Origin: an uncultured Coprobacillus sp.
Lineage (GTDB): Bacteria; Bacillota_I; Bacilli_A; ML615J-28; CAG-698
Length of the DNA stretch: 64,000 nucleotides
Direction of reading: 5' to 3'
Assembly (NCBI GenBank): GCA_964385755.1
Contig: CAYLPZ010000003.1
Location: 65,052-129,051, forward strand
Shown piece by piece: positions 50,132 to 60,496 of the stretch. The translations under genes and the position numbers were made by a program. A model generated the notes under the pieces. The model saw only the letters and a program-made list of their open reading frames with translations, ran no database searches and had not been told where the DNA came from. Numbering within the stretch: position 1 is the first letter of the stretch; each line of letters opens with the position of its first letter.

Positions 50132-50238
50132 TTTTTAAAAGGTTTAAAATTTTCTTTGAGAGGTAATAAAAATTACCTTACAGAGTAAAAAATTAACCTT
50201 TCTATTTGATTTCTTCTTTTTAATTTGATATAATATCA

Positions 50239-50991
50239 TTGGTGGTAGTGATGAAATATTTAAATGAATTAACAAAATATAAAGTTTTTAACAGAAAAGA
50301 TTTTGCAACTATGATAAATGATGATAATTTAGCAAAAATGCTTTTACAAAACTATTTAGAAAAAGGCTATATAAAACGTATTAAACATAATTTATATGGT
50401 GTTGTAAGTCTAGAAACTAATGAATGTATAGCTGACAAATTTTTAATTGCTTCTAATATTACAGACACTTCTTTTATATCACATCATTCTGCATTTGAAT
50501 TTTATGGTTATTATAATCAAGTTTATTATGATGTAAATGTATCTTCTATCTCTAAATTTAATACCTTCGAATTTGAAGAAAACAAATTTTCTTTAATTAA
50601 AGTATCTTCTACAAACTTAGTTGAAGAAATACGTGGTGTTAAGGTTACTTCAATAGAGAGAACTATAGTAGATTCAATTAAAGATTCTGGTAAATATTGT
50701 GAGTTAGAAGAAACATTAAACTGCATCAATATGATTCCATACATTTCAACAAAAGAAATTTTAAAGTATTTAGATCAAATAAATTCAAAAATGCTTTATA
50801 AAAAAGTTGGTATTATTTTATCTCTATTTAAAGATAAACTAAACATTCCTGATTCTTTCTTTGATATATGCCATGAAGTATCCGATTCAATTAAGGGACA
50901 TTTTGATAAAAATAAAAGTGCTCATGTATATAATTCCGAATGGAAAATATTTATTTACAAAGACTTAAGAAATTACATTAACAAGGAATGA
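50239..50991 (+). CDS. abiEi: AbiEi-family antitoxin (type IV TA, wHTH N-domain)
   Basis: GYIKRIKHNLYGVV (the AbiEi_4 G.l.R..rGvY motif) and VKVTSIERTIVDSIKD are present. Confidence 0.6.
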   Translation: MVVVMKYLNELTKYKVFNRKDFATMINDDNLAKMLLQNYLEKGYIKRIKHNLYGVVSLETNECIADKFLIASNITDTSFISHHSAFEFYGYYNQVYYDVNVSSISKFNTFEFEENKFSLIKVSSTNLVEEIRGVKVTSIERTIVDSIKDSGKYCELEETLNCINMIPYISTKEILKYLDQINSKMLYKKVGIILSLFKDKLNIPDSFFDICHEVSDSIKGHFDKNKSAHVYNSEWKIFIYKDLRNYINKE

Positions 50992-50995
50992 TCAT

Positions 50996-51954
50996 ATGTT
51001 CAATTACAAAAAACACGAAATAGTAGCATTAGCTAAAGACAATGGTTTTAGAAGTGAAACTTTAGAAAAAGTTCTTAGATTAATAGACGTATTAGATTTT
51101 ATAAGTAAAACAGATGAACTTTCTCCTTATTTAGTACTTAAGGGGGGACATCAATTAACTTTACGGTATTTAATCTTCCTAGACTAAGTGTCGATATTGA
51201 TTTAGATTTTTCCTTTAGTGGTACTAGAGAAGAAATGTTAAATAAAAGAAAAGAAATCACCGCTATCATCAGAAGATATATGGAAATTAACAACTACAGT
51301 ATTAATGATGAAACCAAATCAAAACATGCATTAGATTCGTTTGTATTTAATTACAATAATAACTTTGGAAACAAAGATAACTTGAAAATTGAAATTAACT
51401 ATATGAATAGAACACACGTATATGAAACAATCACAAGAAATGTTTCTATATCTTTTTTAACTTCTTTTAAAACATTAACATCGAATAAATATGAACTATA
51501 TGGTTCTAAAATTAAGGCACTTATTGAAAGATGTACTATTAGAGATGTATATGATGTTTACCATATGCTTAAAGAAAATTTATTTAATGAATCCGAATTT
51601 AATTTAGTAAAGAAATGTGTAATATTCTATATGGTAATTGGTAAAACTACTGATAGACCATTTAACGAAGTGTTAATCGACTTTGAAACGAAAATTAATG
51701 CATATATGGTAGACAAAGTACCACAATACCTTTCTTCAACTCTTAAAAAAGATGATAAATTTTCGATGATTGATTCCGCAAATATGGTTAAAGATTTTGT
51801 TTCAACTTTAATGAAATTAAATGAATTTGAAACTAAATTTATTAACGAGTTTGAAAATAGTAATTATTGTCCTGAACTTCTATTTGATGATAACGAAATT
51901 ATTAATAGAATCAAAAATCATCCAATGGCATTATGGAAAATATCAAACAAATAA
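50996..51954 (+). pseudogene. abiEii: AbiEii/AbiGii-family nucleotidyltransferase toxin (DUF1814), interrupted by a frameshift at a G6 tract (51142-51147)
   Basis: Frame 1 gives LVLKGGHQLTLRYLIFLD*. The neighbouring frame continues NLPRLSVDIDLDFSFSGTREE... A G7 tract would restore LVLKGGTSINF..NLPRLSVDIDLDF, the AbiEii consensus. Confidence 0.55.
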
Positions 51955-51995
51955 CAAGTCACATTAACTTCCTAGAAATGGGAAGTTTTTTACAT

Positions 51996-52080
51996 TTTCG
52001 CTTCTAATTCTTCTTTTTATATTAATCCTTCTTCAATTAACCTCTTAAGTTCGGCTTTTTTCATTTTCCATCTATATTCT
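51996..52080. repeat. mosaic repeat, copy C (segment X), carrying small minus-strand ORF MSYLLSKSIELTKQVDEEAYEVFLEYRWKMKKAELKRLIEEGLI
   Basis: About 90 % identical to 49844-49927. Confidence 0.55.
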
Positions 52081-52254
52081 AAAAAAACTTCATAGGCTTC
52101 TTCATCAACCTGTTTAGTTAATTCAATTGATTTACTTAATAAATAACTCATTTGATTTAACTCTTGCTTCCTAAGGCAACTTGCAATGGATCAACCAATT
52201 TCTAATTTGTTTAATCACTACATACTCAATATGTTAATCATAATATTTGCTATC

Positions 52255-52422
52255 AATTATTCGTGATATAGGTTTTCCTTCTACAACTAAATCACCATAA
52301 GTTGAAAAATCTCTCTTTATGAAAGCATCCCATAATTCTAAGTTGTTATACATAGCACTAATGACAATAGATGCAATCGTATTAAAATCATATTTTCTAT
52401 ATATCTAATAATATAAATTCAA
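52255..52422 (-). pseudogene. orphan C-terminal gene fragment (..TIASIVISAMYNNLELWDAFIKRDFSTYGDLVVEGKPISRIIDSKYYD*) without start
   Basis: An open frame of 55 codons bounded upstream by a stop, with no start codon. Confidence 0.2.
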
Positions 52423-52478
52423 ATAAAGTATTTTCTTATATTCATTTAGTCCTAATTTCCAATATTTATCCAAGAATA

Positions 52479-52991
52479 TCACCTAGTCCTTTCATCCGTT
52501 ACAATATGCTCAATTCCAACATGATCTCGGCATAAATAATCTTTCATGAAAGTAGGAAATGCTTTGTAATTGTCCAATTCATTAATTGGTATCCAATACA
52601 TATTTTCTTTTACACCAAATGTTGTACTATTGCTATGCAGTTCCTGCGTACCTCTTGGTTTCATCAAATAATAAAAACATACTTCATGACAATCCAGTCC
52701 GGCCAATGTTCCTTTATTCTCATCGAAAAAATTTTCATGAATTACAGCCAAACGATCAATATCATACGCAACCCCTGTTTCTTCAAAAACTTCCCTTTTT
52801 ACTGCATCCTCAGCAGTTTCTCCCATATGGACACCACCGCCGATAGAGTAATAATAGTCTTCTAGTTCATTCCCTGCAAACAAAACACAGCCATCCTCAA
52901 CAATAATAGCAGCTGCTCTATATCGAAACCATTTATTTTCTTTTGTAAAACCACAATCATATTCCTTCATCATTTTCATCCCTTTTTCCAA
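52479..52991 (-). CDS. NUDIX hydrolase
   Basis: Nudix box GGGVHMGETAEDAVKREVFEETGV. Confidence 0.7.
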   Translation of the reverse strand: MEKGMKMMKEYDCGFTKENKWFRYRAAAIIVEDGCVLFAGNELEDYYYSIGGGVHMGETAEDAVKREVFEETGVAYDIDRLAVIHENFFDENKGTLAGLDCHEVCFYYLMKPRGTQELHSNSTTFGVKENMYWIPINELDNYKAFPTFMKDYLCRDHVGIEHIVTDERTR

Positions 52992-53101
52992 ATAATATAG
53001 GGGTAGAACTTTTCCACCCCTCTTTAATTACTAAGTTCAATATACATTTCCCCCTGCTAAAAACACAGGTATATATTTATCAAAAAAGCCCTGAACCCCG
53101 C

Positions 53102-54421
53102 TTAAACTGAGTCTTTACGTGACAGTAAACAAACGGTTTCCACATGATATGTACAAGCAAACATATCAACTAAAGATACTTTTTCCACTTTATAATTCTT
53201 AAGCATACTTATATCCCTTGCTAAAGTTTTTGCTTCACATGAAACATAAACTATCTTTGGTACTTTCATTTCTTCAACAGCATGCAAAAATTCTTTTGTT
53301 GAACCACATCTTGGAGGATCCATAATTAGTACATCAAACTTTTCATCGGTATTTAATATATAGTTTGTAGCATCATCACAGACAAAACTCATATTTGTTA
53401 TTTTGTTTTCTTTCGCATTTACTCTTGCGTTAAGCACTGATTGTTTGTTGTTTTCCACACCAATTACTCTTTTTGCGTTTTTGCTTAATATCATTCCTAT
53501 AGTACCAACTCCACAATAAGCATCTAATACTTTTTCACATCCTGTAAGATTAGCATATTCTTTTACGATACTATAAAGTATTTCTGTTTGTCTTGGATTT
53601 ATTTGGTAGAATGTTTTTGATGATATTTTAAAGTTTATCCCTGATAGTGTATCGTTTATATACCCAGGGCCATACAATACTCTTTCTTCATCACCTAATA
53701 TTATACTAGTTTTTCTAGTATTTACATTTTGTACTATTGATGTGATATAAGGGCATCTTGCCTTTAGTCTTTTCACAAATTCATTTCTTCCAGGAAAAAT
53801 ATCTGAGTTTGTTACAATTGTTACTAATATTTCTTTTGAATAATAACCTTCTCTTATCATTACAAAACGAATCAATCCTGTGCGTTTATCTTCTTGATAA
53901 ACTTGCAACCTTAGTTCTTTTATTATGTCACAAACTACTTTTACAATTTCATTTTGTCTATCTGATTGAACTAAACATTTCTTTAAAGGAATTATTCTAT
54001 GGGAATCTTCTTCGTAAAAACCATATACTATTTTACCTTCTTTGATGCCAAAAGCTACTTGCATTTTGTTTCGGTAGCCTTCTTTAACTAAAGAAGATAC
54101 ATATTTATCTAATTTAAAAAGGATTTTATATTCTCTAAAGCAGCTTTCAACATAATCTTTTTTAAAGTTTTCCTGAGCTTTATCATTCATGTGTAAAAGG
54201 TGGCACGAACCACATTTTAAATAATGTTCACATTTTGGTTCAACTCGTTCTTTACTTTTCTTTATAAAAGAAGATATATAATATTTACCTTTTTTATCTT
54301 TATCAGCTAATGCAACCTCGCCAACAAGTAAATTACTAGCATAGCCAATATCTTTTCCAACTTTAAATACACCTTGACCAAAATCATTATATGTAAAACA
54401 TTTAACTTCTATTTTTGCCAT
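53102..54421 (-). CDS. rlmCD: 23S rRNA (uracil-C5)-methyltransferase RlmCD/RumA family (TRAM + [4Fe-4S] + SAM MTase)
   Basis: Cys cluster CEHYLKCGSCHL. SAM motif DAYCGVGTIG. Catalytic region LIMDPPRCG. The preferred start MAKIEV is at 54421 with RBS AAAGGTGA; the track start is 54430. Confidence 0.75.
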   Translation of the reverse strand: MAKIEVKCFTYNDFGQGVFKVGKDIGYASNLLVGEVALADKDKKGKYYISSFIKKSKERVEPKCEHYLKCGSCHLLHMNDKAQENFKKDYVESCFREYKILFKLDKYVSSLVKEGYRNKMQVAFGIKEGKIVYGFYEEDSHRIIPLKKCLVQSDRQNEIVKVVCDIIKELRLQVYQEDKRTGLIRFVMIREGYYSKEILVTIVTNSDIFPGRNEFVKRLKARCPYITSIVQNVNTRKTSIILGDEERVLYGPGYINDTLSGINFKISSKTFYQINPRQTEILYSIVKEYANLTGCEKVLDAYCGVGTIGMILSKNAKRVIGVENNKQSVLNARVNAKENKITNMSFVCDDATNYILNTDEKFDVLIMDPPRCGSTKEFLHAVEEMKVPKIVYVSCEAKTLARDISMLKNYKVEKVSLVDMFACTYHVETVCLLSRKDSV

Positions 54422-54433
54422 AATAATCACCTT

Positions 54434-54961
54434 TTATAATATCTTTTGAAAAGCTAATCTTCTCCTATCATAATAATCATTTCTTAGTAATGTAATATTT
54501 CCACAATATATAAAATTATATTTTTCAATTAGCTTAAGCATGCTTTCGTTTTTATAATATGTATCTATTCTAATGTTTTTTATATTTTTTGATTTTATTT
54601 CTTCTAGGGCTTTTTCAAAAAGCTTCTTACCAATTCCATTTTTACGATATTTTTCTAAAACACATATTCTATGAATAGAAGCATACTTTTCATTATTTAA
54701 CCATCTTCCATCTATTACTTGATAGTTAGGATCAATATCATAAACAATTGTAATTAAACCAACAACTTTATTTTCGACTTCACAAGCATATATACTATTT
54801 TCTTTTATATCCTTTTCAAAAGTCTCTTTGTTTGGATAATTACCACTCCACTGATATGTTTTTTCTTCTTCAAATACTCTTTTCGCATCTTCATAAATAC
54901 AAACTGCCATTTGTAAATCATCTATTATAGCTCTTCTTATAATAATATTATTTATTTCCAT
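54434..54961 (-). CDS. GNAT family N-acetyltransferase
   Basis: RICVLEKYRKNGIGKKLFEKA is the acetyl-CoA binding motif. Confidence 0.6.
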   Translation of the reverse strand: MEINNIIIRRAIIDDLQMAVCIYEDAKRVFEEEKTYQWSGNYPNKETFEKDIKENSIYACEVENKVVGLITIVYDIDPNYQVIDGRWLNNEKYASIHRICVLEKYRKNGIGKKLFEKALEEIKSKNIKNIRIDTYYKNESMLKLIEKYNFIYCGNITLLRNDYYDRRRLAFQKIL

Positions 54962-54969
54962 AATTACCT

Positions 54970-55689
54970 CTAAAATATTAAAGTAATTAGATAATAAATA
55001 ATTGGAATCAATAAACTTGGAAGCATATTAGCAATTTTTAGTTTATCTTTTCTTAAGAAATTAATACCAATTGCAACAATTATTGTATAGCCTACAATTG
55101 ATATCATCTTAATCAGTTCTGATAGACTTGCTATGTCGATTACTTTTCCAACAAAGAAAAAAAGCAAAGTAAGAGTTCCTTGAATTAAAAGAACTGAAAA
55201 GCCAGAAAGTAATACACCTAATCCAAGAGTTGATGCTAAAATGATTGAAGACACACCATCCAAAATACTTTTTAAATAAATCATTTCAGGTTTCCCAAGA
55301 GTATCATTTAAAGTACCAATAATTGTCATTGCTCCAACACAATATAGTATTGTAGCAGTTAAGAAGCCCTGGGCAATACTTCCCTTGTTAATCTTTTTTT
55401 CTATAGTAAATGATAGTTTTTCAAATCCCTCTTCAATTTTAAGAAGTGAGCCAATATACGTTCCTATGGCTAAAGACGCTATCAATAGTAGGGTATACTG
55501 TGTTGTTACTACATTATTTTCAATTACTGCTCCACTTTCAACAATTCCTAAAATTCCAATTGCAACACATCCAAGCCCTTCCGCTGCTATTACTTGATCG
55601 CAATAATCTTTTTTAATAAATTTCTTGCAAAAAAGTCCAATGAAACTACATATTATTATACTTATGCTATTTATTATAAATCCAAACAT
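54970..55689 (-). CDS. DUF554 (YqgA-like) membrane protein
   Basis: Polytopic 239-aa protein resembling YqgA-type membrane proteins. Confidence 0.45.
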   Translation of the reverse strand: MFGFIINSISIIICSFIGLFCKKFIKKDYCDQVIAAEGLGCVAIGILGIVESGAVIENNVVTTQYTLLLIASLAIGTYIGSLLKIEEGFEKLSFTIEKKINKGSIAQGFLTATILYCVGAMTIIGTLNDTLGKPEMIYLKSILDGVSSIILASTLGLGVLLSGFSVLLIQGTLTLLFFFVGKVIDIASLSELIKMISIVGYTIIVAIGINFLRKDKLKIANMLPSLLIPIIYYLITLIF

Positions 55690-55923
55690 ATTTTTCTTAC
55701 TTTTAAAATTTTTGTTATAATGTTCTTAAATTAAAGCTTGGTTAGTTTAGGCATTTTATAAAAAGCTAAATTATAGCTTAAATTTTAAGGATATTTTTTA
55801 AATTTTGTAATGATTGTTTAATTATTTTATCATATTTTTAGTTTTTTTAAAAGATTAATATAAAATAACAAAATAAAAAAGTAACTTACTTTAATATTAA
55901 CAAAAGCAAGTTACTTTTTATTT

Positions 55924-57165
55924 TTATAAAAGGTTATTTTTAGAAAGAAAATCTTTTATTATCTCAATTGAAATGGCAAATCCGATATTTTCAGTATTCT
56001 CTTCTACTATTTTTAAAGTGTTCATGCCAATCACATTTCCATCAATATCAAATAGTGGACCACCACTATTGCCTGGGTTTATGGCAACGTCATGTTGAAA
56101 GTACACAGCACTTTCTCCTTCTAGTTTTCTATTGCAATATGAAATAATACCAAATGTGACAGTACCAAAGAAATCGTAACCGTTAGCATTTCCTATTGCC
56201 ACCGCAAAATCACCAACAGATACACTTGATTGATCACCTAAAGTTAAACATTTTAAATCCTTTTTAGATGTAAACTTCACCACCGCAATGTCTAAACTAC
56301 TATCCTCACAAACTAAAGAAGCATCAACATATTCATTTTCATAGCCAAAATATACTCTTAGTATATGATTATCTTCGATAACATGATAATTAGTTAATGC
56401 ATAATATGTATTTTTTTCTTTTTTGAAGATAAACCCTGTACCAACTCCTGCTTCTGTTAATACTTTTCTACCAAAATAATCAACAACATACTGATAATTA
56501 CTTACACCAATAATAGAGTCTTTATTTGTATCAACTATATTTGTAATCTTATCGCTTAATGTGGTTAAACTTATATCCCCATTTATTGAAGTTATGTGAT
56601 TTGTAATGACATTTTCAACTATTTCACCACTATCATTTGTCGCATAACAATAATATACTATATCTTTTTGTCTTTCACTTTCATTTGATGAACTAATTGT
56701 AATTGTGGCAATACCAGTTCCCACAGATTTTACCAAACCACTATCTGATACGGTTACTACTTTTTCATCATTTGAAGAGAAATTATAAAAGGTATTTTCT
56801 TTTTTTTCAATCGTAATTTGTGTTTCTTCACCAACCAACAAAGTTTGTTTTGAACTAGCAAGAATCTCTTCTTTCGCATTCGATTTAATTACAGTTACAT
56901 TTGATTCATATATTTTTTCATCGATTGTAACAAAAACTATTGCAGTTCCTTCATTTATTCCTTTTACAATTCCCTCTTTTGAAATTGTAATTATATTTTC
57001 ATTACTTGACTTAAATGTTATATTGTCAGTTTCACTTTGGTATAAAAGAGCTATTTGTCCTTCTTCAATTACTAAATCATCAATTTCTATTTGACCTTTA
57101 CATGAAGTAAAAATACCTAAGCAAAGCATAATTACTAATATTAAATAATAATTAATTTTTTTCAT
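55924..57165 (-). CDS. secreted lipoprotein: BIG2 (Ig-like) domains + trypsin-like serine peptidase
   Basis: Lipobox IFTSCKG. The catalytic triad is intact: TNYHVI (His), DIAVVKF (Asp) and GNSGGPLFD (Ser). Confidence 0.6.
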   Translation of the reverse strand: MKKINYYLILVIMLCLGIFTSCKGQIEIDDLVIEEGQIALLYQSETDNITFKSSNENIITISKEGIVKGINEGTAIVFVTIDEKIYESNVTVIKSNAKEEILASSKQTLLVGEETQITIEKKENTFYNFSSNDEKVVTVSDSGLVKSVGTGIATITISSSNESERQKDIVYYCYATNDSGEIVENVITNHITSINGDISLTTLSDKITNIVDTNKDSIIGVSNYQYVVDYFGRKVLTEAGVGTGFIFKKEKNTYYALTNYHVIEDNHILRVYFGYENEYVDASLVCEDSSLDIAVVKFTSKKDLKCLTLGDQSSVSVGDFAVAIGNANGYDFFGTVTFGIISYCNRKLEGESAVYFQHDVAINPGNSGGPLFDIDGNVIGMNTLKIVEENTENIGFAISIEIIKDFLSKNNLL

Positions 57166-58814
57166 TATAATTCAACCTCTATTTCTAGTAATGTTCCATT
57201 ACGATTAATTACTAATGTTACTTTCTCTTTACAACCTTCATCATAATCATCTAATACTTTACGAAGATCATAAGTAAAATACAAATCAACATCTTCTATT
57301 TTCAGAATAATATCACCTGCTTTTACCCCTGCTTTATAGGCACTTTGACCATAGGTAGCCTCATTAACATAAATGCCATATGTTACACCATCTGGGATAA
57401 CAATTTCTGGATAATATTCTTGATATTTAAGAATATCCTTTACATTTACTGCGGAAACACCAAGTGTCGCGCGAACACGTGGCACTCCACTTTCTAAACT
57501 ACAAAGAAGCTTAAGAATTACTTCTGCTGGGATTGCGAAAGACATATTCTCTATTTTTTCTGAATTTATTCTCATTGTATTAATTCCCACTACTTCTCCT
57601 GATAAAGACATTAATATTCCTCCACAATATTCATCTCCTAAAGGTGCATCATGCTGAATATACTGTGCATCCCAGTCTTTTACGCCATCTGAGTCTGTAT
57701 CATCTGCTAAGTATCTATCAACATATGATGCTATTCCAAAGGATACTGTCTTATCTAATTCTACATTAGTGCCAATTGATATTACAAAATCACCTGTTTT
57801 TAAAGTTTCTTCAGAAAACTTAATTGTTGGAATATATTTATTAATTTGAAATTTAATAACTGAAATATTTACTTTATTATCAGAAGCAATAACAGTTGCT
57901 TCTACAATTTTATCTTCAACTACTATTTCTATCAAAGACTTATTATTTACTAAATGCTTATTAGTCAAAGCATAGTATTCATAAGTTTTAAAGACTTGAT
58001 CATTATGTATGTCATCATCAAGTACTCTTTGACCATTTTCTAAAACCAAAAATCTTTTATAAACTGTTGCGCAAGCAGAAGTTTTTTGTGTTTGATTAAA
58101 ATAGCTCCTTTGATAACTATTTAGTGCAACAACGCTATCAAGGTTTCTATTAATCTGAGTAACAAACTGCTTGTGATAGTCAGAAATATCTACTTCTTGC
58201 TTGACTTCTTCTTCGGTCTTCTTATAACTATTATTCTCATCTAATTCTTCTGTAACAACAAATGTAATTTCATCGAAAATTTCTAAGTCATTTCTTAAAT
58301 AACATCGTACAGTAACTATTCCCTTCTTTAAAGCAGTAATTAGTCCTGTCTTAGATACACTTGCTATTTCTTCATCACTACAATTATATATTACATCATC
58401 ACTAGTTTTACTTGGATAAAAAGTTACTTCTAGTTGAAATGTATCTCCTTTTTTAATTGATGACAGATTACTTAATTCGATAGATGTAACTTTATTTTCT
58501 ATAACACTAACAAGATAAGTTGCAACTATCTTTGATCCAACTTTCGCATATATTAATGCATCGCCAATACTATAACCAAATACTTCATAATTGTCAATCT
58601 TAACAATATCCTCATTAGTAGACTCATACTTAACAAGTTTTCCATCCACTGCTCTAGATAATGTGATGCTCTCGCCTTTAAATATTGTTGAGACATCATT
58701 GTAATATGATATTTTTATTTTATTACTACAACCAATTAATGTTGTTAGAGTGAATAACAATAATATTATTACTATATATTTTGTGATTGATTTTATTCTT
58801 TTCATTTGTTTCAA
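57165..58814 (-). CDS. secreted lipoprotein: BIG2 domains + trypsin-fold domain with atypical nucleophile motif + C-terminal PDZ
   Basis: Lipobox LIGCSNK. TNKHLV (His) and ISVIKF (Asp) are present, but GDSGG is replaced by GDEYCGG. The C-terminal PDZ-like segment reads GVKAGDIILKIEDVDL. Confidence 0.5.
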   Translation of the reverse strand: MKQMKRIKSITKYIVIILLLFTLTTLIGCSNKIKISYYNDVSTIFKGESITLSRAVDGKLVKYESTNEDIVKIDNYEVFGYSIGDALIYAKVGSKIVATYLVSVIENKVTSIELSNLSSIKKGDTFQLEVTFYPSKTSDDVIYNCSDEEIASVSKTGLITALKKGIVTVRCYLRNDLEIFDEITFVVTEELDENNSYKKTEEEVKQEVDISDYHKQFVTQINRNLDSVVALNSYQRSYFNQTQKTSACATVYKRFLVLENGQRVLDDDIHNDQVFKTYEYYALTNKHLVNNKSLIEIVVEDKIVEATVIASDNKVNISVIKFQINKYIPTIKFSEETLKTGDFVISIGTNVELDKTVSFGIASYVDRYLADDTDSDGVKDWDAQYIQHDAPLGDEYCGGILMSLSGEVVGINTMRINSEKIENMSFAIPAEVILKLLCSLESGVPRVRATLGVSAVNVKDILKYQEYYPEIVIPDGVTYGIYVNEATYGQSAYKAGVKAGDIILKIEDVDLYFTYDLRKVLDDYDEGCKEKVTLVINRNGTLLEIEVEL

Positions 58815-58907
58815 TCCTTTCTTACATATATTATACCTTAATAAACTTAAAAATAACTAAACAAATAAAAGAAATTATGATAAAATAAGAAAAAAAAGGA
58901 GAAATAT

Positions 58908-60356
58908 ATGGCAATTGAAAAATTTCAAGAGATAGCAAAAAGAGAAAAACTTGCCGGCGCAAACATTGTTATTTGCAATGAAAACGGAATTTTAGATAAA
59001 GATAGTTATGGTTTCCAAGATTTAGAAAACAAAGAACCATCAACTGAAGATACGATCTACCGTATCGCCTCAATTTCTAAAACAATCGGTTGCATTGGTC
59101 TTATGCAACTTGTGGAGAAGGGATTAGTTGATTTAAATGAAGATATCTCGACATATTTAGGATATAAAGTTAGAAATCCTAAATATCCAGATGATGTAAT
59201 CACTGTTAAAATGATCACAATGCAAACTTCATCTATTCAAGATGGTTACGATGATGAAAACCCAGCCTATGACGACATTATCAAAGGATACAATGGTCTA
59301 AATGGTACATATATCAATTGTTCACCTAAAACAATATTAACAGATACAAGTAGTGAATATTACACACAATATACTTTTGGGGACTACAAACCAGGAACAC
59401 GCTTTTGTTATTCAAATTTTGGATGTGGTCTTATGGCTTGTATTATTGAAAAAGCTAGTGGTGAGCTTTATGTTGATTATATGGAAAATCACATTTTTAA
59501 GCCATTAGGACTTAATGCAAGTTTTAAATCATCAAGACTTAATAACAAGGAAAACATCGCACAAATGTATGCTTATTACAAAGGAAATATTAAAAAATTT
59601 GATAAAAGCAGTTTTATCAATTCTCAATTACCTATTTTCCCATTAGGTGAAAACTACCGTGGTCCTGCTGGAGGTTTATTTATCAATATGAAAGACTTAA
59701 GCGTTCTTTTGCGAATGTTTTTAAACTATGGTAAGGTAAATGGCGTAGAAATCCTCAAAAGAGAAACAGTAGAAAGAATGATCCAAGAAGAGTGGTGTGG
59801 ACTACCAAAAAATGATGAATACCGCGCAAAAGGAATTCAAATGCGAATAATTGAGCCAGTTCCTCACTTCGCATTACGTGGTCATACTGGTGGTGCATAT
59901 GGCGTAAGAAGTTATTTCTTCTTCAGTTTAAAATATAAAATTGGTGCTTGTTTTATTACTAATGGAATATTAAATGATGATAGTAAATCTTGTGATAGAT
60001 TATTTGATGAAACAATGGAAATGTGGATAAATAAATATGCGAAATATAGACCATCTAAAATTATTATCAAAGAAAAAGAAATAGTTTTAGAAGAAAGAAC
60101 AATCAAGCAAGAAAAACTATTTATTAATAAGAATAATCCATATATATTAGGAAAAACCTTAGCAGACATGTTATCAACTTTAGCGGTTTATGATGAGGAT
60201 AAAATGACATACACATTTGATGTAGATAATAAACAAATAATAATTGATGATATGATAATCATTAATGATGAATTCTACATTCCATTTACAAAAACTTTAG
60301 AAAAACTTAATATACCTTTTACAAAGGAAAATGGAAATTATATAATTAATTATTAA
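58908..60356 (+). CDS. serine hydrolase of beta-lactamase/esterase family (SxxK) with C-terminal copper-amine-oxidase-N-like stalk domain
   Basis: IYRIASISKTIGC carries the S-x-x-K motif. RBS AAAGGAG. Confidence 0.55.
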   Translation: MAIEKFQEIAKREKLAGANIVICNENGILDKDSYGFQDLENKEPSTEDTIYRIASISKTIGCIGLMQLVEKGLVDLNEDISTYLGYKVRNPKYPDDVITVKMITMQTSSIQDGYDDENPAYDDIIKGYNGLNGTYINCSPKTILTDTSSEYYTQYTFGDYKPGTRFCYSNFGCGLMACIIEKASGELYVDYMENHIFKPLGLNASFKSSRLNNKENIAQMYAYYKGNIKKFDKSSFINSQLPIFPLGENYRGPAGGLFINMKDLSVLLRMFLNYGKVNGVEILKRETVERMIQEEWCGLPKNDEYRAKGIQMRIIEPVPHFALRGHTGGAYGVRSYFFFSLKYKIGACFITNGILNDDSKSCDRLFDETMEMWINKYAKYRPSKIIIKEKEIVLEERTIKQEKLFINKNNPYILGKTLADMLSTLAVYDEDKMTYTFDVDNKQIIIDDMIIINDEFYIPFTKTLEKLNIPFTKENGNYIINY

Positions 60357-60385
60357 AAAACCTAACACAAATGTGGGGTGCTATT

Positions 60386-60440
60386 GGGAATTTTGAGTAA
60401 GTTGGTATAAAACCAACAAACTCAGATTCCCTTTTTGCTT
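60386..60440 (+). terminator. intrinsic terminator after beta-lactamase-family gene
   Basis: A long imperfect hairpin GGGAAT..GAGT..GTTGGT / ACCAAC..ACTC..ATTCCC is followed by TTTTTG. Confidence 0.5.
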
Positions 60441-60496
60441 TGCATAGCGTATTGTGATAGGTCTACTGCGCCAACAAGATTATATACGATTTTTAT

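Noticed and set aside
50526-50744. ORF 50526..50744 (-) inside abiEi
   Set aside because: Antisense to abiEi; no support.
48000-52200. Possibility that repeats A, B and C form a CRISPR array
   Set aside because: Units are long (85-230 bp), non-uniform and mosaic, carry ORFs and promoters, and lack regular spacers and cas genes.
59912-60169. ORF 59912..60169 (-) within the beta-lactamase-family gene
   Set aside because: Antisense; hydrophobic low-complexity translation.
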